Positions 39,149 through 46,484 of a stretch of DNA of 64,000 nucleotides are shown piece after piece. The notes beneath the pieces were generated by a model. That model was not told the origin of the DNA, made no database searches, and saw nothing but the letters and a program-made list of their open reading frames with translations. Numbering within the stretch: the stretch's first letter is position 1; each line of letters starts with the position of its first letter. The translations under genes were made by a program, and so were the position numbers. Source of the stretch: a virus (taxonomy: Duplodnaviria; Caudoviricetes); the IMG/VR virus record IMGVR_UViG_3300020050_005381, positions 2,095 to 66,094 of that record, one strand, 5' to 3'.

Positions 39149-39590
39149 TTTGGGTTCCTACCTTTCTCCAGATTTTATAGACCATCGTCCGGCTGATACG
39201 GTACCGGGACTGGATTTGATCTATTGGTATTATACCCTTAAGAGATTGAATTTGGGAATATTCTTCATCTGAAAACCTTCTAGCATTCCGATTGCCCATC
39301 AACTTCGGTCCATTACTTTTGGGCTTCCCCTGATTAGCTTCCCTCTGATGTTGTGAAATCCCCTGGCTTTCTAGGTTGCTTAAGAGGTTATTGCAGCGGT
39401 TTCCATCTTTATGGTGAATCACCAATCCTTGAGGATCCTCCCCTGTGTAGTTCCACCAGGTGGCCCGATGGGCCAAATGGTACTTCTGGGGTATGAACGG
39501 ATGGTTCCTGATCATTACCCTCATGTATCCGCTGTTAGATAAGGTGGATACATGAGAGACATATGGAAGTATAGAGGGGTCCAATATCAC
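39144..39590 (-). CDS. HNH homing endonuclease
   Basis: VIHHKDGNRCNNLLSNLE; AAGGAG RBS before GTG 39590. Confidence 0.8.
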   Translation of the reverse strand: MILDPSILPYVSHVSTLSNSGYMRVMIRNHPFIPQKYHLAHRATWWNYTGEDPQGLVIHHKDGNRCNNLLSNLESQGISQHQREANQGKPKSNGPKLMGNRNARRFSDEEYSQIQSLKGIIPIDQIQSRYRISRTMVYKIWRKVGTQN

Positions 39591-39620
39591 AAGAAACTCC
39601 TTAATATGTAATACGTTTGT

Positions 39621-39649
39621 ATTATACACTAACGGGTTATTTTTGTCCA
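39621..39649 (-). promoter_or_regulatory. Sigma70-type promoter TGGACA-N17-TATAAT with extended -10 TG
   Basis: -35 at 39644-39649, -10 at 39621-39626. Confidence 0.7.
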
Positions 39650-39690
39650 GCATCTCAATCCCTTAGAAAGGACTCATCCGTATATGCCCT

Positions 39691-40107
39691 TCAGCAACTG
39701 ATTGTAGCGATCGTGGCATCAGCGGGCTTCCGATAGCTACTTCCCCCATGCAGATAGTGTTGCAGAGTGTCTCTAGCCTCACGCAGCGCAGCCTCTAGCT
39801 CTGCTGTGCGATCTGGTTGCGGAGTGGTAAAGAACGGTCCAAGCTTCCAGTAATCACCATAAGGGTTCCATTCCCCAGCTTTCACTGAAAAACCCACTGA
39901 CGTTTCCACCTCAACAAAACGTGGAGAAATGTGATCAGGTGGGCCATCAAACACAATGAACACAGGCTCCGCGCTGTTCAGCTTGGTTAGGATTGCGGCT
40001 TCGATTGCTCGGGCGTATTTAAAAATTACCGATTTGTCTTGTGGTCTGATACTTTGGTTCAGTACAGCCCTGTACGCGAGGGCAAGTTCTTCATCTGTGA
40101 GAATCAT
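39691..40107 (-). CDS. Accessory hypothetical protein
   Basis: MILTDEE start, modular segments (FIVFDGPP...FVEVE). Confidence 0.6.
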   Translation of the reverse strand: MILTDEELALAYRAVLNQSIRPQDKSVIFKYARAIEAAILTKLNSAEPVFIVFDGPPDHISPRFVEVETSVGFSVKAGEWNPYGDYWKLGPFFTTPQPDRTAELEAALREARDTLQHYLHGGSSYRKPADATIATISC

Positions 40108-40580
40108 GGCAGTTCCTTTAGGTTCCTGATGGCTTCTGCGCAATCTCTTGGAACAAAGGGCTTTCCTTCTGCTCCATCTTCTTCGATGTACTTGTTTCGC
40201 TGATGCTGCAATCCGTCACAAATAACAGCACACTGCTTCCGCACTTTCGCAGCAAAGTCTGCTAGTGCTTGGCTTGGTGTGATGGAGAGTGCTTTGCTAG
40301 CAAGTATCGTTCCATGTTCTGCTGAAGGATTACCAAGATTGTTTGACACCATGTAGTCGATTTTTTCAGTCAAAAGGTATTGCAGCGCATTACGAAGCAT
40401 CTCAATCTGCGCGGCTTGCTCTGCGATCTGTGTGCGGAGGGATTCGTTATTTTTAGCCAATATAGACTCTGCAATATTTAGCATGGTGTGATTTGACATA
40501 GCAAACTGAGCACTAAGTTTTGCTGTTTTGTGTTCTTCAATCGCCCGGTTCAAGTCTCGGCGTTTCTTTGCGCTGCTCAT
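40104..40580 (-). CDS. Accessory coiled-coil protein
   Basis: Shares a 33-bp block with the 40902-41474 gene. Confidence 0.6.
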   Translation of the reverse strand: MSSAKKRRDLNRAIEEHKTAKLSAQFAMSNHTMLNIAESILAKNNESLRTQIAEQAAQIEMLRNALQYLLTEKIDYMVSNNLGNPSAEHGTILASKALSITPSQALADFAAKVRKQCAVICDGLQHQRNKYIEEDGAEGKPFVPRDCAEAIRNLKELP

Positions 40581-41219
40581 CTCACTCTCCTAGTTCTGGA
40601 AGCCATTCACCAGATTCACGCTGATTAGCTATCGCCTGCATGATGTTTTTAAAGTCTTTAGGACAGCATTCAGAGTCAACGCAAGCACGAAGCAACTTCG
40701 CATCACGCTTTCTATCTCTAGCTTCCAACAGTTCGGGGGAGGGAAGTATAGCGAGTGCTTCGATAGCCATGCAGTTACCAATACTGTTCCCGTGAGAATT
40801 TCCATTACCAACGCAGGCTATCTTTTCCAGCGTAGCATCCTTAGCAACCATCGCCACCAGCAGCGCAGCGTTCTCTTTGCGCAGGGATTCTAGTTCAGTG
40901 GTCATTTCAGAATCTCCGGTTTCTTGAATAGTGGAACATCCCCGCGATGTACCGACATGCCGTTATTTGGCTCGTAATCAACACAGTAAAATTCTTGGTC
41001 GTTATTGTCTGAACAGTGGTGAGACCAATCAATAGGTTCTCCCAGCACTGAGTCAAGCCAGTCGGAAAGTACCTGCTTGCTGTCTGTGGGGATGGCGAGG
41101 GCTTCGGCGCAAGCATCCATCTCGGACTCATAGCTTTGTTGCCAACCTCGCTTTCTTCCAGCACGTTGCATATTAGTTAACACACCACGAAGCATCTCAA
41201 TCTGCGCGGCTTGCTCTGC
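40392..41219. repeat. 33-bp perfect direct repeat shared by two accessory genes
   Basis: ACGAAGCATCTCAATCTGCGCGGCTTGCTCTGC at 40392-40424 and 41187-41219. Confidence 0.9.
40582..40905 (-). CDS. Accessory hypothetical protein
   Basis: MTTELESLR start; ends ESGEWLPELGE. Confidence 0.6.
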   Translation of the reverse strand: MTTELESLRKENAALLVAMVAKDATLEKIACVGNGNSHGNSIGNCMAIEALAILPSPELLEARDRKRDAKLLRACVDSECCPKDFKNIMQAIANQRESGEWLPELGE

Positions 41220-41474
41220 TATGGTTTCCTCCTTAAGACGATTTTGAAGGGACAGTTGGTTAATGTAAGCTACTTGATCAACTCGCTTATCCTTTACAGA
41301 CAAGAAAGAAACATCTCTGCCATTCAAGGCAGCATCGGCTCTCGCCTCTATCCGTTTAATTCGAGTGGTCTGCGTACTTGATGCTTTACATTCTCTTACA
41401 ATGCGATGAAGAGAGTCCTCAAGACTTCTAATGCGGGCTGCCTGCGCGCGGAGGGATTCGCGTTCAGTGGTCAT
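40902..41474 (-). CDS. Accessory hypothetical protein
   Basis: MTTERESLR start; coupled to neighbours. Confidence 0.6.
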   Translation of the reverse strand: MTTERESLRAQAARIRSLEDSLHRIVRECKASSTQTTRIKRIEARADAALNGRDVSFLSVKDKRVDQVAYINQLSLQNRLKEETIAEQAAQIEMLRGVLTNMQRAGRKRGWQQSYESEMDACAEALAIPTDSKQVLSDWLDSVLGEPIDWSHHCSDNNDQEFYCVDYEPNNGMSVHRGDVPLFKKPEILK

Positions 41475-41646
41475 TGTTTATTTCCCCCTCTTTTTCGCAT
41501 AATACACGTAGCTCGCAGGTAAGCCTATACTCTGCCCTGAGACTTTTATTTGCTTTTGTATCCTCTATAAATGTTGAATGCACGCATTCAAGCCATTCAA
41601 GCTTTCTAAGTTTTTCAGCAATTTGTTTAAAGGTTTGTTTATCCAT
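41464..41646 (-). CDS. Accessory small protein
   Basis: GGAG RBS, tightly packed. Confidence 0.5.
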   Translation of the reverse strand: MDKQTFKQIAEKLRKLEWLECVHSTFIEDTKANKSLRAEYRLTCELRVLCEKEGEINNDH

Positions 41647-41647
41647 C

Positions 41648-41974
41648 TTAATCTCCTAGTTCTGGAATCCACTCGCCGGATTCAGCAAGCTGGCGCTTGA
41701 GTTCTTCAATCTTATCCACATATGCTTGTACTTCGTTAGCAGTAACAAGCTCAAGCCCTTCATGATTAGGGAATCCCTGACTGAATTGTGGAATGCGCTC
41801 GTAATAGAAACCAGAAACACAAGACGCCCTAAGTTGTGTGATCTGTTCTTTCAGATCAGCGTTCTCTTTACGCAAGAATTCGAGTTCAGCTATCTGTGCT
41901 TTGGTGAAGGCATATCCAGCATTTAGTTCTTGGCTAACGTCAAACATTCCGTTGACTTGTTTATCAGACATCAC
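41648..41974 (-). CDS. Accessory hypothetical protein
   Basis: Ends ESGEWIPELGD, paralogous to the 40582 gene end. Confidence 0.6.
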   Translation of the reverse strand: MMSDKQVNGMFDVSQELNAGYAFTKAQIAELEFLRKENADLKEQITQLRASCVSGFYYERIPQFSQGFPNHEGLELVTANEVQAYVDKIEELKRQLAESGEWIPELGD

Positions 41975-42369
41975 TCCTTCTCTCCTTTCGGTGCGGCTGG
42001 TAGTGACATCCAGTGGGTCACAATGTGGTCTTCACACTGGTATAGAATCCAAAATTTTGAGTAAGAGTCATAGCGGCTAATGAGCCTATTACCAAAGTTA
42101 GTAATTACTAAACAATCCTCACTGTAGCCATTGTGCAGAACAGGTAACCGCTCTTCAACACTAATCCACTCAGGCACAGCATCCCGCAAGCCAGCTTCAT
42201 ATGCTTGTTGGAGTTGGGATTCAATAGTTTCAAAGATCGCTTGAACTAGGTTTCCCATCTTATGAGCTTCAAAATCATCAATATAGAAATTACTGTTTGC
42301 AGCAAGTTTATTTGCTCTGTTAAGAACTATGCTTCGCATAGCCACTGGCTTAAATGTCGGCATTGTCAT
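41971..42369 (-). CDS. DUF551-domain protein
   Basis: WISVEERLP...VTHWMSLPAAP. Confidence 0.8.
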   Translation of the reverse strand: MTMPTFKPVAMRSIVLNRANKLAANSNFYIDDFEAHKMGNLVQAIFETIESQLQQAYEAGLRDAVPEWISVEERLPVLHNGYSEDCLVITNFGNRLISRYDSYSKFWILYQCEDHIVTHWMSLPAAPKGEKE

Positions 42370-42575
42370 TTCAACATCTCCTTTATTTGTTCGTAGGTTT
42401 CCTGAACATATACTTGTTGTGTCTCCCCGGCTCCGATGTATTCGACGAAGCTATTCGTATTTTCATATTGTGAGTTGGCGTAATTTTCACACCGATTTAC
42501 GTGGATAATATGAAGGGGGTTTAGTAGAAACTTACCGTCACCTAGTTGTTTGTAAGCAGAAGTTAGTTCGATCAT
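42366..42575 (-). CDS. Small protein (FlbD-like pattern)
   Basis: MIELT...FLLNPLHI...VYVQETYEQI. Confidence 0.55.
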   Translation of the reverse strand: MIELTSAYKQLGDGKFLLNPLHIIHVNRCENYANSQYENTNSFVEYIGAGETQQVYVQETYEQIKEMLK

Positions 42576-43078
42576 TCTGTGGTTCCTTTCTTCATTTCTT
42601 TATAGAATGCGGGCAAAGCGTCGTGCGTTTCAAGATCACGCAGAATCTTTCTACCCATTCCGGCTGCAATTACTTCTTGCTTGCGCTTTTGATACGCTCG
42701 CCACTTTGCAGCATCTGCCTTGTACTCGGCAAGCTGGCGGGTGAAGATTTCAATATTCTCTGCATGGATACGTCTGAGAGCGTCGTTCGCTTCCGTTACA
42801 TCAGCGAAGTCCTGCACTAGCCTATCATTACGGAATTGAAGGTCTTCATTCTCCTTCTGGAGTTGAGCATTAAACGCCATGCGCCGATATTTCATTGGCA
42901 CAGTATTAAGCCGTTCATTTTCAGCCTTGTGCTCGGCAAGCTGGCGCTTGAGTTCGTCGCGTTCTCGTTCCAATCTAGCTCCATCGCTGTTGTACCAGTT
43001 GCATTTTGCAGTTAGCTCAACGTTTAAGTCTTTCAGCCGCGCATTCTCAGCCTCAAGCGCTTTGTACTTTTCGATCAT
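42572..43078 (-). CDS. Accessory coiled-coil protein
   Basis: AGGAG RBS; repeated KRQLAE segments. Confidence 0.6.
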   Translation of the reverse strand: MIEKYKALEAENARLKDLNVELTAKCNWYNSDGARLERERDELKRQLAEHKAENERLNTVPMKYRRMAFNAQLQKENEDLQFRNDRLVQDFADVTEANDALRRIHAENIEIFTRQLAEYKADAAKWRAYQKRKQEVIAAGMGRKILRDLETHDALPAFYKEMKKGTTE

Positions 43079-43157
43079 CTCATTCTCCTAAATAGGTGCC
43101 AGCAGCCGATTGACGCGATGTTTTGCGTCTTGTAGGTGGCCTATTTCGCGTTCGGCA

Positions 43158-43505
43158 TCACTGGATACGCTCAGTGCGCCCACCATGCCGCAAAACCTCG
43201 CCGTAGCTACCAATTGTCACTTGGTCGTCACAGTGCACGCGCAGCGCCTGTTTAACGGCGGTTTCGGCATTACGCATGTAGCGCTCGTGCTCATCCTGCT
43301 GCGCCTTCAGCTTCGCTTTCCACTCGCGTTCAATGTCGTCCAGCCTATCGCTCGCTGGCGGAGAGTAGAACGCCTGCCCGTAGTGTTCGTGGCCCCCCTC
43401 TACCGCCTCGGCCAAGTAGGCCAGTTGCTCGGGCGTCAGCTTCAGTTCGCACTCTTCCGCTGCGATGCTGATGCACTCTTGCCAGTAGTCTTGTTGTGCG
43501 CTCAT
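43158..43505 (-). CDS. Hypothetical protein (left of attC-2)
   Basis: GGAGG RBS 25 nt from the attC-2 boundary; 115 aa. Confidence 0.65.
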   Translation of the reverse strand: MSAQQDYWQECISIAAEECELKLTPEQLAYLAEAVEGGHEHYGQAFYSPPASDRLDDIEREWKAKLKAQQDEHERYMRNAETAVKQALRVHCDDQVTIGSYGEVLRHGGRTERIQ

Positions 43506-43529
43506 CCAGTCCTCCTTCGTTGCGGTTAT

Positions 43530-43618
43530 GCCTAACACGGCGGTCAACGCGACCGGCCGCAAGCATCGTCCTTGTTCAATCGCCAGTGCTGGCCGGCGCG
43601 TTAGCTAGTGCGTTATAC
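43530..43618 (+). mobile_element. attC: Integron attC recombination site (attC-2, 89 bp)
   Basis: R'' GCCTAAC, 5-nt spacer, L'' GGT[C]AACG, stem with extra A52, L' CGTTAGC, 6-nt spacer, R' GTTATAC. Confidence 0.85.
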
Positions 43619-43852
43619 GTTCATGGCTCCAAGCAGCAGCGACCGTTTGTTTTCGTACGGAGCGCCGGATGGAACGTGCGGGTTTCCCCTCATGTCTGTG
43701 TATTCCGCATGCTGCTCAGGGTCGAACTCTGTCTCGCAAGCATTCCCGCCCTGGTCGTAATAGCCGCGCCCAGACTCGTGCTCCACCACAAAAACGTCTG
43801 CATCCTGGTCTTCAAATGCTTTCAGCCATTCAATCAGTTCTCGTACTTTCAT
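43613..43852 (-). CDS. Cassette-borne hypothetical protein (79 aa)
   Basis: GGAGG RBS; MKVRELIEWL...; stop codon is the TTA of the attC-2 R' core. Confidence 0.7.
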   Translation of the reverse strand: MKVRELIEWLKAFEDQDADVFVVEHESGRGYYDQGGNACETEFDPEQHAEYTDMRGNPHVPSGAPYENKRSLLLGAMNV

Positions 43853-43919
43853 CTCTTCCTCCACGTATAACTGTGCCTTCAACGGCGACCGCCCTTACGG
43901 GCGTCGCGTTAAGGCGGCG
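43613..43919 (+). mobile_element. Integron-type gene cassette, 307 bp, gene in inverted orientation
   Basis: Starts G|TTATAC and carries R'' GTATAAC, exact complements as required for a cassette. Confidence 0.8.
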
Positions 43920-43925
43920 TTAGGC
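43865..43925 (+). mobile_element. attC: Integron attC recombination site (attC-1, 61 bp)
   Basis: R'' GTATAAC, 5 nt, L'' CTT[C]AACG, stem GCGAC[C]GCCC-TTAC-GGGCGTCGC, L' CGTTAAG, 5 nt, R' GTTAGGC. Confidence 0.88.
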
Positions 43926-44500
43926 GGTAGTTTCCGCCGTGCATCGTCAGCGTGCTTTTCAAAGTCAGCGTGTCGGGTCGAGTACAGCGTATCTTTCCCC
44001 TTTGCCCACTTTTCGTGGATCGAGGTGCATACCTCCCATGCAATCGCAGCTTCCTTCCACCCATCTTGCTCGCTCTTGCTCAACGAAATTAAGTCCTCTG
44101 CGCAGCACTGATGCTCTTCGGTTTTGATGCGTAGCGCAATCTCAAGCTGCTTTATCTCTGCCTCGTTCTGTGACTGCCTTTTGTACTCGTCAAGCTGCTT
44201 AACGAGCTCGTAGTATTTGGTAATGGCATCGGCTACCGCCTTTTCTGTACCATGCTCGTATTGATAATGCCCACCATCTGCGTGGAGAACAGCAAGTAGC
44301 TCGCCAAGCATTTTTACGTACGCTTCATGCCTTGGTTTCAGCCGCTCATACTTAGCCTCAAGCGCCTTGTTCTGCTCGATCAGCTTGAGAATTACATGCA
44401 CATTTAGCGTGGTCAAATAGCTGGCAAATGCCTCTTCGTCGTCATTTTTTGACTGCATAAAAGTAAGCACAGCCTGCTTCAGCTTTTCCAAGTCAAGCAT
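43895..44500 (-). CDS. Accessory mosaic protein whose C-terminus (PPNAALTRRP) is encoded by attC-1
   Basis: Stop TAA lies in the attC-1 loop (43895-43897). Confidence 0.65.
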   Translation of the reverse strand: MLDLEKLKQAVLTFMQSKNDDEEAFASYLTTLNVHVILKLIEQNKALEAKYERLKPRHEAYVKMLGELLAVLHADGGHYQYEHGTEKAVADAITKYYELVKQLDEYKRQSQNEAEIKQLEIALRIKTEEHQCCAEDLISLSKSEQDGWKEAAIAWEVCTSIHEKWAKGKDTLYSTRHADFEKHADDARRKLPPNAALTRRP

Positions 44501-44501
44501 C

Positions 44502-44618
44502 CTATTTCTCCCACTCATATTTACCGCAGAGAACACACTGAAGCCAGCTTCCACTGCGCTTCGTATACTGCCAGTCGTGTTGATGCGGTTCGGTTTGCTT
44601 ATAGCGAAGTCGGATCAT
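44502..44618 (-). CDS. Small protein, 38 aa (not in ORF track)
   Basis: AGGAGAG RBS; HQHDW...CVLCGK. Confidence 0.45.
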   Translation of the reverse strand: MIRLRYKQTEPHQHDWQYTKRSGSWLQCVLCGKYEWEK

Positions 44619-44717
44619 CTTACTCTCCTAAAAAGGTGCCAGCCAGCGGGTTGGGATAGGGTTGTATTCCAAGACAAACCAGTCTCAAAAGATCTAATGC
44701 TGGCTGGCGAAACAGTA

Positions 44718-44909
44718 TTAATTCAGCTGGTCGGTCAGATCACAGGAGAAGTTCATGTAAGCGATCAGCGCGAGACGGGGCTCAACCACTGAGATCACGC
44801 TCTTCAGGTTCTTGACGCACTGATCAACCAGAGCCTGTTCTTCAGGGTTAAGGGTAGCTCTTAGTCCCGCGGCGATAATTCGGGTGATTTCGGGTTTAGC
44901 GGTGGCCAT
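44718..44909 (-). CDS. Small hypothetical protein
   Basis: GGAGG RBS before MATAK. Confidence 0.55.
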   Translation of the reverse strand: MATAKPEITRIIAAGLRATLNPEEQALVDQCVKNLKSVISVVEPRLALIAYMNFSCDLTDQLN

Positions 44910-45075
44910 AATAGTTCCTCCTGAGACGAAGTAATTTCTGGTGAGCACGATGCTGAGCCAGGGACATGTTAGCACAGGTAAGCGGGTCGGTGATCAGATG
45001 ACGAATGGAATCCCGTCCATCAATCATAGCCTCGAGGGCTCGAATCTGAAACCAGAGAAGGATTTTACGTATCAT
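44896..45075 (-). CDS. Small hypothetical protein
   Basis: Tightly packed between neighbours. Confidence 0.45.
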   Translation of the reverse strand: MIRKILLWFQIRALEAMIDGRDSIRHLITDPLTCANMSLAQHRAHQKLLRLRRNYYGHR

Positions 45076-45076
45076 G

Positions 45077-45382
45077 TTAGCGATCCGCGAATTCATCAAA
45101 CAGTCGCTGCCAGAGGCCTTCTCTGTACTCACGGCACTCTTTCCGCTGTGGCTGGTCAAGCTCATAGTGTCCCGAGCACCGAGGAAACAGAAGCTTATCT
45201 ACAGAATAAGCGTATTTGATATCTTGCTTAACGAAATCAAGCAGAGGACGAGTGATGGGGTAATCGAGATTGTGATGGATCTCACCCTCGACCAGAGTGA
45301 TGCAGTCGCAGATAAACGGTGAGCGAGGCTCGTCGTAGAGTACTCGAGCTCGAGTGAGCATTTCATACAGCGTGGGGTACAT
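45077..45382 (-). CDS. Hypothetical protein
   Basis: GGAG RBS. Confidence 0.55.
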   Translation of the reverse strand: MYPTLYEMLTRARVLYDEPRSPFICDCITLVEGEIHHNLDYPITRPLLDFVKQDIKYAYSVDKLLFPRCSGHYELDQPQRKECREYREGLWQRLFDEFADR

Positions 45383-45420
45383 TTGTTTCTCCCAGTGGGT
45401 TAGTGACAGTACATTATATG

Positions 45421-45963
45421 TCAGTAACCCGTCGCCACTCTGGTCTCATTCTCTGCATGCTTCTTGAAGTACTCTGCATAGATATCTATACCATTGATCA
45501 GCGCGTGGTTGATCAGCTTGAATAGAGCGTCAGCGGTATAAGCTTGGCACTGGGGGATTTTGGGGTCCTGAGGGTTGCGCTTCCAGGGTTTATGCTTCAG
45601 CTGCTGATTGGCCAGGCCGATGGCCTTAACCACATCAGGCAGGGTGTGATGATATGGGTCGGACTCAAACAAGTCCAGTTGAAACTTGACAGTCATTTGA
45701 TCGGGTGTCACGCCCGCCAGGATACAGAGTTCGACGGCGAAGTGCAGAGCGTCAGCTAGCTCTTCCGCGTAGGTATCTGGCTTGGCGGCCATGGCTTCAG
45801 TTATCTCCTCCACCAGGTACCAGGAGGTCATCCGGAACCAGTCTTGCTCGTCCCGCTGGGCGAAATCTAGTGGAAACTGGGGTGGGGTATATCCCAGTGA
45901 CTGTTCCACGGGACGAATCTTGGCTATAAGACTCTTCTGGAAATCGAATATTTTGTGCAGCAT
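45421..45963 (-). CDS. All-alpha (MazG/dimeric dUTPase/T4 gp56-like) dNTP pyrophosphatase
   Basis: EEITEAM...EELADALHF...LKHKPWK. Confidence 0.75.
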   Translation of the reverse strand: MLHKIFDFQKSLIAKIRPVEQSLGYTPPQFPLDFAQRDEQDWFRMTSWYLVEEITEAMAAKPDTYAEELADALHFAVELCILAGVTPDQMTVKFQLDLFESDPYHHTLPDVVKAIGLANQQLKHKPWKRNPQDPKIPQCQAYTADALFKLINHALINGIDIYAEYFKKHAENETRVATGY

Positions 45964-45968
45964 GGTGA

Positions 45969-46454
45969 TTACATTCTCCCTAAAGCGGATTGCAGGTTTC
46001 GGATGAGCGCAGGGTATGCCCTCGGGTTGGTGAAATCATATACGTAATCGGGCTCCAGCTCGAGCATTAGATCCTGGTAAGCCTCGTATAGCTTCTTAAG
46101 ATTCTGGTGAGTACCTTCCATCTGCTCGCGATCCTCATAAGTGGCAAGAATCGTCTGGAAGCTAGGGCAGCAGAAGACCAGGAAGTTGTTTCGTCGGGCG
46201 GACTGAGCGAGCTCTGGAGTGGATGCGGTACCGCCTCGAATGATAGGGCCATACACTAGGTCGGATATGGCGGGGTGGCGATCCAAAATCAAAGTTTTCG
46301 GGCAGGCAGACGCCCAGTTCTGCCAACGGTGGATGCTGTCCTGCGTGAGTGCGGTTGAACGATGCGCGTGCGCATATGGCAATTTGAAGTGTTCACTGAG
46401 CTGGTTGATCAAACTACTTTTACCCGAATTATCAATTCCTTCCACGATTATCAT
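45969..46454 (-). CDS. P-loop (d)NMP kinase, thymidylate-kinase-like
   Basis: IIVEGIDNSGKSSL, LILDRHPAISDLVYG. Confidence 0.8.
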   Translation of the reverse strand: MIIVEGIDNSGKSSLINQLSEHFKLPYAHAHRSTALTQDSIHRWQNWASACPKTLILDRHPAISDLVYGPIIRGGTASTPELAQSARRNNFLVFCCPSFQTILATYEDREQMEGTHQNLKKLYEAYQDLMLELEPDYVYDFTNPRAYPALIRNLQSALGRM

Positions 46455-46455
46455 G

Positions 46456-46484
46456 TTTATCCCCAGTAAAGGTAACATTATAAT
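46456..46484 (+). promoter_or_regulatory. Promoter TTTATC-N17-TATAAT for HTH/primase operon
   Basis: -35 at 46456-46461, -10 at 46479-46484 in the divergent gap. Confidence 0.5.

Larger units (their letters stand above)
43084..44643. repeat. 20-bp direct repeat (1 mismatch) bracketing the attC region
   Basis: TCTCCTAAATAGGTGCCAGC at 43084-43103; TCTCCTAAAAAGGTGCCAGC at 44624-44643. Confidence 0.75.

Noticed and set aside
39691-43078. CRISPR or mini-array
   Set aside because: Repeats are coding, irregularly spaced and of differing sequence
44638-44711. tRNA gene (about 74 nt, paired ends, 3' ACC)
   Set aside because: No D-arm or TTC T-loop; kept only as a generic stem-loop
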